From: a virus
Taxonomy: Duplodnaviria > Heunggongvirae > Uroviricota > Caudoviricetes
DNA: 47,959 nt
IMG/VR virus record: IMGVR_UViG_3300028840_006985
Reading direction: 5' to 3' (one strand)
Shown: positions 28,721-37,997 of the stretch, piece by piece
Layout of the letters: the number at the start of each line of letters is the position of its first letter
Position numbering within the stretch: position 1 is the stretch's first letter
The notes under the pieces: generated by a model
Databases searched by the model: none
What the model was told of the DNA's origin: nothing
What the model saw: only the letters and a program-made list of their open reading frames with translations
Made by a program: the position numbers and the translations under genes

Positions 28721-29237
28721 CAAAATAACAATTGGATTATCTACTAGTTCACATCCGGTATCAAAACTTATAGAATTTGCTGGAAGATCGAAAGTTAGTC
28801 ATGCATTTTTAAGTTATCAAGACGAGAAAATAAATATTCCTACAATATTTCATTCCAATCATTGGGGTGTGCATCGACAGACAAAAAAAAGTTTTTTGAA
28901 GAAAAATATTATATTGGCTGAATATATTGTTTCTCATTCAAGAGCGCTATCTGCGGCAAGACAATTAGGGAGGCATCTTGACTCTGGATATGATTATGGA
29001 GGGATGTTTATTGCGGGATGGTATACGTTGTTTCGTAAATGGTTTGGAATAAGGATGGAGAGACGTGAAGGGTGTACGGTTAATGCAATGATGTGTTCTG
29101 AAACTATAGCGTGGTATTTACGTTATTTAGATTTGGATATGTTTAGAAATATTAGTCCTGAGGCGTTTGCGCCGTGGGATTTATTAGATCTGATGAGAGA
29201 TAATAAGATTTTTGTAAAAATAATCGACGAAGCTTAG
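28707..29237 (+). CDS. Permuted papain-like NlpC/P60 enzyme (YaeF/YiiX-like)
   Basis: His-before-Cys order: SHAF...GYDY...MCSE...P.DL. Confidence 0.72.
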   Translation: MSKNDKITIGLSTSSHPVSKLIEFAGRSKVSHAFLSYQDEKINIPTIFHSNHWGVHRQTKKSFLKKNIILAEYIVSHSRALSAARQLGRHLDSGYDYGGMFIAGWYTLFRKWFGIRMERREGCTVNAMMCSETIAWYLRYLDLDMFRNISPEAFAPWDLLDLMRDNKIFVKIIDEA

Positions 29238-29261
29238 CAATATTTTATTTTTAGGTTAAAA

Positions 29262-30110
29262 ATGAACATAAAACAAGTATCAGAACAAATTGGTGGATAT
29301 TTATATCTTATTGAAGCGCGAGCAATGCGTATAGAACGTGCATATATAAAAGAATTATCGTATAAAATTATCAATCTATTAACCAATGCTGCAAAAAAGT
29401 TTAGTGATAAGAATGGTTTTTACAATCATATCCGTGCAATGTATGGGATAAGGGGTGCGAGAAAGGATAATTTTATTAACATAAAACATCCTAAGACTGG
29501 CGATTTAGTAAGAGTATATTTTACAATTAAGAGTGAATATGAGCCAAAAGACAAGATGACTACTGGGTGGAAACTGTTACGTAAAGGCGTTATAGTTCCT
29601 GTTATAAATGTTACCTTAGACAGAAAGAAAGATGTTTCATTTTATATCGGGGATTTTTTCAGAAAGGAGCTTGAAGGGAATCTAGTTCATGAATTTGTAC
29701 ATGTTTATGATAGGCTTTTAATTCCGAGTTCAATGTATTATAGGTTAAAATATAAAGAAGGCGATCCTGATTATCTTTATAAGTACTATAATGATAAGTG
29801 GGAAGTAACGGCATTTGGGAGAATGATAATAGATGAAGTTATGGACGATATTGATAAATTTGTAAAAAGCGGATTAAAAAGTGAATATCCATATGATGAA
29901 CTTGATTGGAGGTTGTATAGAGATAGTTTATTGTCTGCAGATGGGTTTGGGTTAAAAAAAGTTAGCAGTATATGGAATGAGATATATAAATATTTAAATG
30001 ATAAAAATAAGAAGAGGATTTTAAAAATGGTTTACACAGAAGTGGATGAATTTATACAGAAGAAAATAAAAGAATTAAGTCCTGAATTAAGATATGAAGC
30101 AGTGAATTAG
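29262..30110 (+). CDS. Zincin metallopeptidase-like protein (MPTase-like) with N-terminal leader
   Basis: LVHEFVHVYD plus downstream YY...WEVTAF third-ligand motif. Leader MNIKQVSEQIGGYLYLIE. Confidence 0.68.
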   Translation: MNIKQVSEQIGGYLYLIEARAMRIERAYIKELSYKIINLLTNAAKKFSDKNGFYNHIRAMYGIRGARKDNFINIKHPKTGDLVRVYFTIKSEYEPKDKMTTGWKLLRKGVIVPVINVTLDRKKDVSFYIGDFFRKELEGNLVHEFVHVYDRLLIPSSMYYRLKYKEGDPDYLYKYYNDKWEVTAFGRMIIDEVMDDIDKFVKSGLKSEYPYDELDWRLYRDSLLSADGFGLKKVSSIWNEIYKYLNDKNKKRILKMVYTEVDEFIQKKIKELSPELRYEAVN

Positions 30111-30203
30111 ATTTTAAAAAAGTTGGAATATTCAATTATAAGTGATTTTATTTGTGATCTGTTGTGATTATTAAAAAAGGGGAGTTGGTTAAGGAGTGAA
30201 AAT

Positions 30204-30638
30204 ATGCAAGTTGTTGATTATACTGCCATGGGCGGTATAATAGTTGTAGCTTTAGGTTTAATTGAAGTATTAAAAGTTATGATTAACAGGTTTGTTCCTG
30301 GTGGTAACAATAAACAGAATGGAAATCTTACAAAAATAGAGAATACAGTATATAGTACGTCTGATATGATTAAAAAAATATCAAAAGAATCTGAGAAGCT
30401 GTCAGAGTTGCATAATGTAAGAGATGAGGACGGTGTTCCAGTTTGGTATGTCAGAAGGTCCATGGATGAGTCATTAAAACAGCTAGGTTCGGCGATTGGC
30501 AATTTGAATAACCTTCTTATGAAAATGAACGACAGTCATGTTGAGTTGAGAAAAAGTGTTGACAAAATGAGCGAGGGTGTAAAAGAGATGACTATTAGAC
30601 AGGTAACGCATTTTAAAAGCATGGAAAACCAAAAATGA
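30204..30638 (+). CDS. N-terminal TM plus coiled-coil protein (holin-like candidate)
   Basis: MGGIIVVALGLIEVLKVMI then heptad-rich helices. aaggag SD. Confidence 0.5.
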   Translation: MQVVDYTAMGGIIVVALGLIEVLKVMINRFVPGGNNKQNGNLTKIENTVYSTSDMIKKISKESEKLSELHNVRDEDGVPVWYVRRSMDESLKQLGSAIGNLNNLLMKMNDSHVELRKSVDKMSEGVKEMTIRQVTHFKSMENQK

Positions 30639-31108
30639 ACATTTATAATACAAATATCAAATTAAAAAAATATCTTAGTGAAATAACTGCAGCAAAGTTT
30701 AAATTTCAATTTCATGCGACTAGTCGTGATCGTGCTGAAAAAATATTAAAGGAAGGTTTTAAGTTGGCTAGAGATTCAAAAGATATAAGAACTCATAATT
30801 ATAAAATAAAAACAATATCTTTGGCTGATGAATTTCAATATGCAGAGCCGTATGGGGATACTGTAATAAAGGTAAAAATTATTAAAGGGGCTAAATTTTT
30901 AAAGAGGTCTTTTCCTTCAAGTGTTCGACAAGGAGAAAATCTTGAAAATGCTGTTAATAGGTGGCTAAAAACTGCTAAAGATAAAGATTTTGATGGTGTT
31001 TTAGTTGGGAAAGGTATTCAAAGTACTGTTGGAAATCAGATTTTAAATCCTAAAATATTAATTCCTGTTTCCATTATAGAAAGAGATGTAAAAAATGAAT
31101 ATTTATAA
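30635..31108 (+). CDS. ADP-ribosyltransferase-fold-like protein with leader
   Basis: FHATS....KILKEGF...ISLA....AEPYG..VIKVKI...FDGV...ILNP follows the ART/PARP-like strand order. The usual catalytic Glu is not obvious. Confidence 0.55.
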   Translation: MNIYNTNIKLKKYLSEITAAKFKFQFHATSRDRAEKILKEGFKLARDSKDIRTHNYKIKTISLADEFQYAEPYGDTVIKVKIIKGAKFLKRSFPSSVRQGENLENAVNRWLKTAKDKDFDGVLVGKGIQSTVGNQILNPKILIPVSIIERDVKNEYL

Positions 31109-32174
31109 TACAAATATCAAATTAAGAAAGTATCTTAGCGAAATAACTGTAGCGAAAAAGCGAGGAATAATTGTTCCAAGGGTAATTGACAAGCTTGGGT
31201 ATTATGCTGATAAGCCTGGTTATTTTATTCATTTTAGTCGAATTAATAAGCTTGGTATTAATCCTCGTACTAAACATGCAACACCTGCGGCTATTTATGC
31301 TTATCCTTTAAAACAGTTATATTCTGATTTTAAGGAGGGTAAAATACCTTATGCAAGTGATTATAAATATGTTTTTCTTTTCAGTCAGCAACCTGGAAGA
31401 AAAATATTAGAGATGTCTAGAGACATGTCTTCATTGACCGAAAAAGAGTATGGTAGATTTATTGATAAATTATTTACCGATAACAAATTTAATAAATATA
31501 AAACAGGTAATTATAATAAATTTAGGGAATATTTTAAGAGTGATCAAGAAGAAAGATTTCAAAAAAGAATTGATAAAATTTCGAAAAAATTAGGACTTAG
31601 TATTGCGTCGATTAATAATACTACAAGAAGGATGTATGCTTTTACTAGATATCTTGCTGATGATAATCCGAAAATTTGGTCATCGATATTAACATCTTTA
31701 GGTATTGGTGGAATTATTGATTACGGAACAAGCACTATCCATCATTATGAACCTACTCAGGCGTTGTTTTTAAGTAAGCAACATATTAATATGATTGACG
31801 TGTTTAAAAATGAAGATACTCCTGAAAGGATCCGTGCTAGGGAGATTAGAAAACATATATTAGACAATATTGGTGAATATGAGCAGTTAAGAAAAAAAGG
31901 TGTACCCATTCCTGGAGATATTGTTATCTTTAACGATGATTATATTGATAGTAAGGATAGGAAATATTTTTATGGTGATGAAGTTGAAATTACAGAACAC
32001 GGCGCGTGGAGTATTGCGGAAGAATTAAAAAGAGAAGAGGGAGAAGAAGAGGGAGAAGAAGAGGGAGAAGAAGAGGGAGAAGAAGAGGGAGAAGAAGAGG
32101 GAGAAGAAGAGGGAGAAGAAGAGGGAGAAGAAGAGGGAGAAGAAGAACATGAATGGATATACAATAAACTATGA
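31095..32174 (+). CDS. Putative ART-fold protein with leader and acidic repeat tail
   Basis: FIHFS...GINP...TPAAIYAYP...GIGGIID.G...IH.YEPTQALF. Leader nearly identical to that of 30635. Confidence 0.5.
   Translation: MNIYNTNIKLRKYLSEITVAKKRGIIVPRVIDKLGYYADKPGYFIHFSRINKLGINPRTKHATPAAIYAYPLKQLYSDFKEGKIPYASDYKYVFLFSQQPGRKILEMSRDMSSLTEKEYGRFIDKLFTDNKFNKYKTGNYNKFREYFKSDQEERFQKRIDKISKKLGLSIASINNTTRRMYAFTRYLADDNPKIWSSILTSLGIGGIIDYGTSTIHHYEPTQALFLSKQHINMIDVFKNEDTPERIRAREIRKHILDNIGEYEQLRKKGVPIPGDIVIFNDDYIDSKDRKYFYGDEVEITEHGAWSIAEELKREEGEEEGEEEGEEEGEEEGEEEGEEEGEEEGEEEGEEEHEWIYNKL
32034..32141 (+). repeat. Perfect 12-bp tandem repeat (gaagagggagaa)x9 encoding (EEGE)9
   Basis: Direct count: nine exact copies, in frame. 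Confidence 0.97.
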
Positions 32175-32439
32175 TGAGAGAAATTTTAGTTTTACATATA
32201 GTATATATGATGATTACGAATATAAAGAAACGGTTATATATAAGCCTAATAGAAAATTTATGAAAAAAATTAAAATGAGAGTAACTGTGTCTTTGTTTGA
32301 TTTGATTTCATCATCTAAGCCTGACAGTAAGATTTTTACTGTAAATTTTAAGGATGATGAAGGAAAGATAAAGGATTGGGAACTTGAAGTTGCCGATAAT
32401 CCTGTAAGGGTATTAAAGAAGACTAAAATTGTTAAATGA
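32149..32439 (+). CDS. Hypothetical protein (96 aa)
   Basis: Overlaps the end of 31095..32174 in the +1 frame. The last repeat unit supplies a GAGGGAG SD. Confidence 0.5.
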   Translation: MNGYTINYDERNFSFTYSIYDDYEYKETVIYKPNRKFMKKIKMRVTVSLFDLISSSKPDSKIFTVNFKDDEGKIKDWELEVADNPVRVLKKTKIVK

Positions 32440-32488
32440 TGTTTTTGGATTTTAAAAATATTATTGGTAACTATTAGGAATATAAAAA

Positions 32489-34753
32489 ATGAATCATGAT
32501 TCAATTAGAATACAGTCAGGAGATAAAGAGCCTATTATTGCTACTGTTTTTGACGAAGATGGAAAATTGTTGCCTGGCAAAACAGATATAAAGTTAAAAA
32601 TATGGCGTGCATCTGATGGTTATTTTTTCGATTGGGATGATAATACATTTAAATTGCCTGGTAGTGTTACTCAGATGCTTGTTGTGTTATCTCCAACTGA
32701 TGTAACTTATGCCCCGGGAGAATATCAGCTAAGCACTCCTACTCATGCTCGTGGTTTTAATACGGCTAATATTGTTAATCCTAATAGTTTTGATGTTTAT
32801 CAATTTAATATTTTACAAGATGGCGGGACGGACGCTGTTAATGTGCCTCAATTCGGCGAAATACATGTTGGTGGTTTTATAGACAATGTAGATGCTAGTA
32901 TTGCTGCGATTGATACTGATTTAGAAGCTATCAAGGATAATAATACGGGTTTATTTGGGGTAGGAGATGACCTTCATAGTCATGCGGCGCAATTTGCCGC
33001 TATATTGGCGGCTCAGACGACCAGTTATAACAATTTGGACGATGAATTACAGGAAATTAAGGATGGTAAAACAGGGAATTACATTGGAACAAGTGATAGT
33101 TTATATCATCAGAGATTGGCCAATAATATTAGATTTGACAATGTAGATACTGACTTGGATGAGATAAAGGGGGCAGGATTTGTGTCAGGTAATGATAGTT
33201 TAAAGAAGCAGACGGATTATTATAATGTTTTAAATAGTGAACTTCAAAATATAAAAGATGGCGGATTAGGTGGATTTACGTCAGATCATTCCCTTAAGGC
33301 AATAGAGGAGGAGATTCAGGCGGTAAAGGGTTCGGGCTTTTCCTCGGTTAATCATTCTTTGGTAGCGATAGAATCTAAATTTGGTGCGATAGATTTAGAT
33401 CTTGAGTTAATCAAGGACGGTAATACTGGAACGTATAATTCAGTTACTGACAACATGAGAACGCATCGAATTCTTAGTGACAGTATTTCTGACAAGATGG
33501 ATTTAGCTCTTGATGGGGGAGATGGCGATTTTGATTCTAGTAGAGATTCTCTTCATGATTTACGAGGTGAGGCAGAGCAAATAAAGGATGGTGGAGACGG
33601 GGACTATAATCCAAATGCTGATTCATTGCACGATAGAACTATTGCAGATAACGAAATAAAAAGTGCTTTAACAAATATAGCTAACGATATAGATGGGATA
33701 GAACTTGATATAGACGGGATAGAGCTTGACCTTACAAACATAGAGGGTAAGGTTGATGCAAATCAGGCGGATTTGGAAGAGATAAAGGGAGTTGATTTCT
33801 TGTCGGCGGAAGACAGTCTTGCCAGGCAGACAGATTACTCGGCTGATCTTTATACGGAAATACAATTTATGAAGGATAACAATACTGGAACATGGTTAGG
33901 TGATGAATCATTGAAGAGTCTTAAGACTTATGTGGAAAATATTCAGACAAAGGTGGAAGAGATACAAGGACCTTCTTTTGTGCCTGGCGACGATAACTTG
34001 CATGAGATTCAACAGGATATTGCAGGTGTTGAGACAGGAATTCAATTAGTAAAGGATAATAATACTGGTTTATTTACGATTGGTGATGACTTACATGCTC
34101 AAAGGTTAGCTAATGAGGCAAATTTTGACGAAATAGATACTGACTTGGCGGCTATTGATATTGATCTTGGAAATATAGAGACGAATTTAACAACTATAGA
34201 GAGTAAGGTGGATGCTAATCAGGTTGATTTGGAAGAGATAAAAGGGAGTGGATTTTTAACAGCGGAAGATGGTCTTGCAAAACAAACTGATTATGTAAAT
34301 CAAATAGATGAGAAGCTGGATAGGGCGATGGGTGGTGATGTTCCGGCCGAATTTGATGAAACTACAGATAGTCTTCATGATATAGCAGCCAAAGGAATTG
34401 TAATTGAAACAAAGGTAACTAATATAGAGAATGATTTAACCGAGATTAAAGGGGCGGGTTTTGATACAGGTTCACATTCGTTAAGTATTATTGGAGACAA
34501 GATGCCTGACAAAGTTGATATTGCGAGATTGTTAGGGTTGAATCATGAAAATGCTTTTATTGACAATACGGTTCATGATGCTGATGCTCAACTGGTATCA
34601 GCTAGGTTGAGAATATTCGATTCCAAGGTTAACGCAGAAGCTGCCACGGATGGTGGAGCAGAAATTACTGGATTAGTGGCCACATGGAATATGATTTCTA
34701 TCTGGGAAGGTGTTAATAAAATGAAGACCTTTAGAATGACTTTAGAACCATAG
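32489..34753 (+). CDS. Repetitive acidic coiled-coil fibre-like protein (754 aa)
   Basis: Many (L/I)xxIK(D/G)xxxG(F/Y)....D(S/D)L(H/K) units separated by heptad helices, with globular N- and C-terminal caps. Confidence 0.68.
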   Translation: MNHDSIRIQSGDKEPIIATVFDEDGKLLPGKTDIKLKIWRASDGYFFDWDDNTFKLPGSVTQMLVVLSPTDVTYAPGEYQLSTPTHARGFNTANIVNPNSFDVYQFNILQDGGTDAVNVPQFGEIHVGGFIDNVDASIAAIDTDLEAIKDNNTGLFGVGDDLHSHAAQFAAILAAQTTSYNNLDDELQEIKDGKTGNYIGTSDSLYHQRLANNIRFDNVDTDLDEIKGAGFVSGNDSLKKQTDYYNVLNSELQNIKDGGLGGFTSDHSLKAIEEEIQAVKGSGFSSVNHSLVAIESKFGAIDLDLELIKDGNTGTYNSVTDNMRTHRILSDSISDKMDLALDGGDGDFDSSRDSLHDLRGEAEQIKDGGDGDYNPNADSLHDRTIADNEIKSALTNIANDIDGIELDIDGIELDLTNIEGKVDANQADLEEIKGVDFLSAEDSLARQTDYSADLYTEIQFMKDNNTGTWLGDESLKSLKTYVENIQTKVEEIQGPSFVPGDDNLHEIQQDIAGVETGIQLVKDNNTGLFTIGDDLHAQRLANEANFDEIDTDLAAIDIDLGNIETNLTTIESKVDANQVDLEEIKGSGFLTAEDGLAKQTDYVNQIDEKLDRAMGGDVPAEFDETTDSLHDIAAKGIVIETKVTNIENDLTEIKGAGFDTGSHSLSIIGDKMPDKVDIARLLGLNHENAFIDNTVHDADAQLVSARLRIFDSKVNAEAATDGGAEITGLVATWNMISIWEGVNKMKTFRMTLEP

Positions 34754-34764
34754 TAGGAAAAAAA

Positions 34765-35985
34765 ATGAATCTTACAGGACAATTAAAACAAATTGGATCT
34801 TTTGGACAAACTTTATATAAATATCGTGAAGATATTACTCAGTTAAAAAAAGAATATCCTGAGTTGAATGACTTTATAGATGAAATAAAGGATAAAATAA
34901 ATGTTAAATTTTTAAGATGGGCGGTTATTAGAAGAAAAAAAGAAAATGCAAGTTTAAGATATTTGGTTAGGTTATCAAGACGGTTTGATAAGTATACTTT
35001 TAGGGGTATCAGCAAGGCGGCAAGGCTTGGTCTTATAAGAAGCGAAGAACAAGGAAATATATCTTATTGGTATAATAAGGCGGTAAAGAATTTTGAATTT
35101 TTTTTAGACAGATTAGACGGATATAATATCGATTTAGCCTTATTGAGGAGAAAACCATTTAAGCATAAAACCTATAGGGATTCCGAGTTGGTTTACAGGG
35201 ATGGTCGAGTAGTAATTTGGCGTCCCATGAGTGCAGATGCGTTAGATGATATCAAGCAAGATAATGATTGGGTGGCTTCTGACAAGAAAGAATATCGTAA
35301 AAGATCAATAAAAGGTGAGGTTTTTATATTTATTTTTGACAAATTGGCCAATCCTGACAGCGTGCCCGAATCAAAAGGTGTTTTAATTTATGACATACTA
35401 GGAAAGAAAATAGTTGGAGTATGGGATCGGACGGGATTTCAAATGGGTACGGATAGGGTGGCTGATCATTATGGAAGGCATTATTGGTTAAAGATAAAAA
35501 AAACAATATTGTCTTATTTAGGTAGGAGGGGGATATTAATTAGAAGACAAAAAGGCGAGTGGTGGTATGGTGATAAAGTTGGATATGATGATGATTTTAT
35601 ATATGGTTCGGCTTTTGGGATGAATTTTCCAGCTACCTGGGAACCGTTTCATAGGTTTTTAGTTAGATTTTACAATTCTTTTGTTGGAATAATTACGGAT
35701 CCTTTAGTGGTAATGCCGTGGTATTCTGAAAAACATGGCACAAGCATTCCAGAGACTGTAGAGGTAACATGGACTATACCAGACATGATAGACGAGTTAA
35801 ATGCAGAGGCACGAAGATTGAGGCGGGTTGGGCATAATGTAGAGCCAGATGAACTTGAGGATATTAAATATGATATTATAGATTTTATGGATAAGGGTAA
35901 ATTTGTAAATAGAGAATTTACTAATAATCTTTTGATGATAAGTAAGAATAAAGATTTGGCCAGTGCAATTCAAAAATTTAGATAA
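34765..35985 (+). CDS. Hypothetical protein, paralogue of 36303..37541 (degenerate PcfJ-like domain)
   Basis: ISKAARLGL...EQGNISYW vs ISKAIRLGL...EQGDISYW, and SELVYRDGR vs SEVIYSDDR. Confidence 0.7.
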   Translation: MNLTGQLKQIGSFGQTLYKYREDITQLKKEYPELNDFIDEIKDKINVKFLRWAVIRRKKENASLRYLVRLSRRFDKYTFRGISKAARLGLIRSEEQGNISYWYNKAVKNFEFFLDRLDGYNIDLALLRRKPFKHKTYRDSELVYRDGRVVIWRPMSADALDDIKQDNDWVASDKKEYRKRSIKGEVFIFIFDKLANPDSVPESKGVLIYDILGKKIVGVWDRTGFQMGTDRVADHYGRHYWLKIKKTILSYLGRRGILIRRQKGEWWYGDKVGYDDDFIYGSAFGMNFPATWEPFHRFLVRFYNSFVGIITDPLVVMPWYSEKHGTSIPETVEVTWTIPDMIDELNAEARRLRRVGHNVEPDELEDIKYDIIDFMDKGKFVNREFTNNLLMISKNKDLASAIQKFR

Positions 35986-36049
35986 TCAGTGCAATTGAAT
36001 TGCATTAGAGGATAGAAGCCATTGCGAAAAAAGAAAGAAGAATGAGAAA

Positions 36050-36292
36050 ATGAGCTTAGCTTTAATTACAAAGGGTAAACTTTGGCCCCAGGGGACGGTT
36101 ATCAGAGAACAAGTCAATGAGATTACTATTAATGTTTCAGAACCTAGTATTGAAATTAACGTTACAGATGATGATTCTGACATACTATTAGGTGTAATAG
36201 ATGTTGATGAAATAAATATGTCCATTTCTGACGAGGTTATTATTGTCGATGTTGAGGAAATGGATGATATCGATTTTAATATTTTTTGTTAA
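36050..36292 (+). CDS. Small acidic protein
   Basis: Fills the gap. D/E/I/V-rich, with N-terminal MSLALITKG. Confidence 0.55.
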   Translation: MSLALITKGKLWPQGTVIREQVNEITINVSEPSIEINVTDDDSDILLGVIDVDEINMSISDEVIIVDVEEMDDIDFNIFC

Positions 36293-36302
36293 AGGAAGTA
36301 GA

Positions 36303-37541
36303 ATGGAATTTATTAGACTAAAAAAAACAAAACAGTGGCTATGGGAGCGATTGGAGATACTATCTGAAGTTAGCGTTAGTCAGTTAAAGCTTCAGAATCC
36401 AGGATTGAAAGATTTTATTAATGATTTAACCAAGAAGAAGGTTGCTAATAAATATTTTCAATGGGCGGTTAATAGAAAAAAAGAACAGAAAGATGATTTT
36501 TTAATTTATACAGTTATTGATCAGTTTGATAAATTACTAAAAGGTAACAAAATAAGTAAAGCAATCAGGTTGGGATTGGCAAACAGGGAACAAGGAGATA
36601 TATCTTATTGGCATAAAAGGTCTCTTGAAAATTTGAAAGATTTCATAGACAGGTTACATGATGCAAGTGAAATAGTTAAGACAAAAAAGGAAATTAAAGT
36701 AAAAGAGTCAGAAGTGATTTACAGTGATGATAGGTTATATGTTGTTTTTCCAAAGTCTCATGAGGCTTCTTGCGTATTAGGGGCTGGGACAAAGTGGTGT
36801 GTAGCATCTAAAAAAACTATTAAACATTGGAATGAACATTTTAAAAAACGTGTTATTTATTATGTTTTTAACAAATTGTCTAATCCTTTAAAAGATTCCC
36901 TTGCTAAAATTGCTATTGTTTATGCTAGGAATGAACAAAACAGGTTCAGATTTTATGAAATACTTAATGCTAAGGATAAAAATGTAAAAAAGGATGATAT
37001 TGTTAATTATTATGGTAAGGATATTACTAAAAAAATTTTTAACAAAATTGAATCTTTTTTAAAATCTTATAATGTAGTTGATAATAAATATTCTATTAAA
37101 TGGGAGCGAGCCGATTTGGACGATATAGATCTTAAGGATGCTATTAAACATATTGGCGGTTATAATTTGGAAATAAATGATTTTGAAATAAAAAATCTTG
37201 GGGAGGTAACAATTGATTGGATAGAATATTATGAAGATATTTCTTCTTGGATTGAGGTTGACAAAGAAGACTATAAAGGTATGGATTTCAATGAAAAGGT
37301 GGAGCAGTTTAAATATGATACCGAGCGAATTAGATTAGTTAATAATTTAAAAGAATGGGGTATTTCACCGATTGTAATGATTACAGCTCCTATAGATCCT
37401 GATACGGGGGAATTTGACGAGAATGGTCGAATAGAGACACAGCTTGGTGACGGGAGAGGAAGGGTAAATTTTGCGATAGCATTTGGTTTAAAAAAGTTAC
37501 CGGCTGTTAATATGGTTTATAAAAGAGAAAAAAAAGTTTAA
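36303..37541 (+). CDS. PcfJ-like domain plus ParB/Srx-like C-terminal domain, with leader
   Basis: VVFPKSHEASCVLGAGTKWCVAS...YYVFNK motif and C-terminal PIVM...LGDGRGRV..A...G.K.LPA. ATG at 36303 has an aagga SD. Leader ends in ILSE. Confidence 0.62.
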   Translation: MEFIRLKKTKQWLWERLEILSEVSVSQLKLQNPGLKDFINDLTKKKVANKYFQWAVNRKKEQKDDFLIYTVIDQFDKLLKGNKISKAIRLGLANREQGDISYWHKRSLENLKDFIDRLHDASEIVKTKKEIKVKESEVIYSDDRLYVVFPKSHEASCVLGAGTKWCVASKKTIKHWNEHFKKRVIYYVFNKLSNPLKDSLAKIAIVYARNEQNRFRFYEILNAKDKNVKKDDIVNYYGKDITKKIFNKIESFLKSYNVVDNKYSIKWERADLDDIDLKDAIKHIGGYNLEINDFEIKNLGEVTIDWIEYYEDISSWIEVDKEDYKGMDFNEKVEQFKYDTERIRLVNNLKEWGISPIVMITAPIDPDTGEFDENGRIETQLGDGRGRVNFAIAFGLKKLPAVNMVYKREKKV

Positions 37542-37571
37542 TATAACATTTTTTATAATGGAGTATGGATT

Positions 37572-37973
37572 ATGTCAGTTACAGTATGTTGTGAAGGTGG
37601 TGAAATTAGTGTTATTAAGGGCACTGATAAAACGATACAAATGACGGTTCAGAAGGATGATGTAGCATTAGATTTAACCAATGCACAGGTGGTATTTGTA
37701 TTAAAAGTGGACGAGAATGACGCGGATGCAGACGCCTCTGTGACCAAGAAGACAGCTAATTTGGCCGGTGGGGGCAATGAGCAGGTTGAGATAACGGACG
37801 CCCCTAATGGGGTGTTAAAGGTTTATTTAGTGCCTACTGACACTGCTAGTTTGGATGGAGGGACTTATTATTGGGGTTGCAGGGTGAAAACGTCGGATGG
37901 GAAGCAATTTGGCAATAGGGCGGGAAGTTGTAAATTTGTTTTAGAGGTAGCTATTGTTGCCGATCCGATATAG
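37572..37973 (+). CDS. BppU N-terminal-like baseplate/virion protein
   Basis: KGTDKTIQMTV...LDLTNAQVVFVLK...ITDAPNGVLKVYLVPTDTASL..GTYYW pattern. Confidence 0.7.
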   Translation: MSVTVCCEGGEISVIKGTDKTIQMTVQKDDVALDLTNAQVVFVLKVDENDADADASVTKKTANLAGGGNEQVEITDAPNGVLKVYLVPTDTASLDGGTYYWGCRVKTSDGKQFGNRAGSCKFVLEVAIVADPI

Positions 37974-37997
37974 TAAAAAAATAGGAGGAGAAGGAAG

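Noticed and set aside
36243-36302. Track start codons at 36243, 45764, 27994, 26607, 23409 and 10219
   Set aside because: Each lacks a good RBS or overlaps another feature. Downstream ATGs fit better and were used instead.
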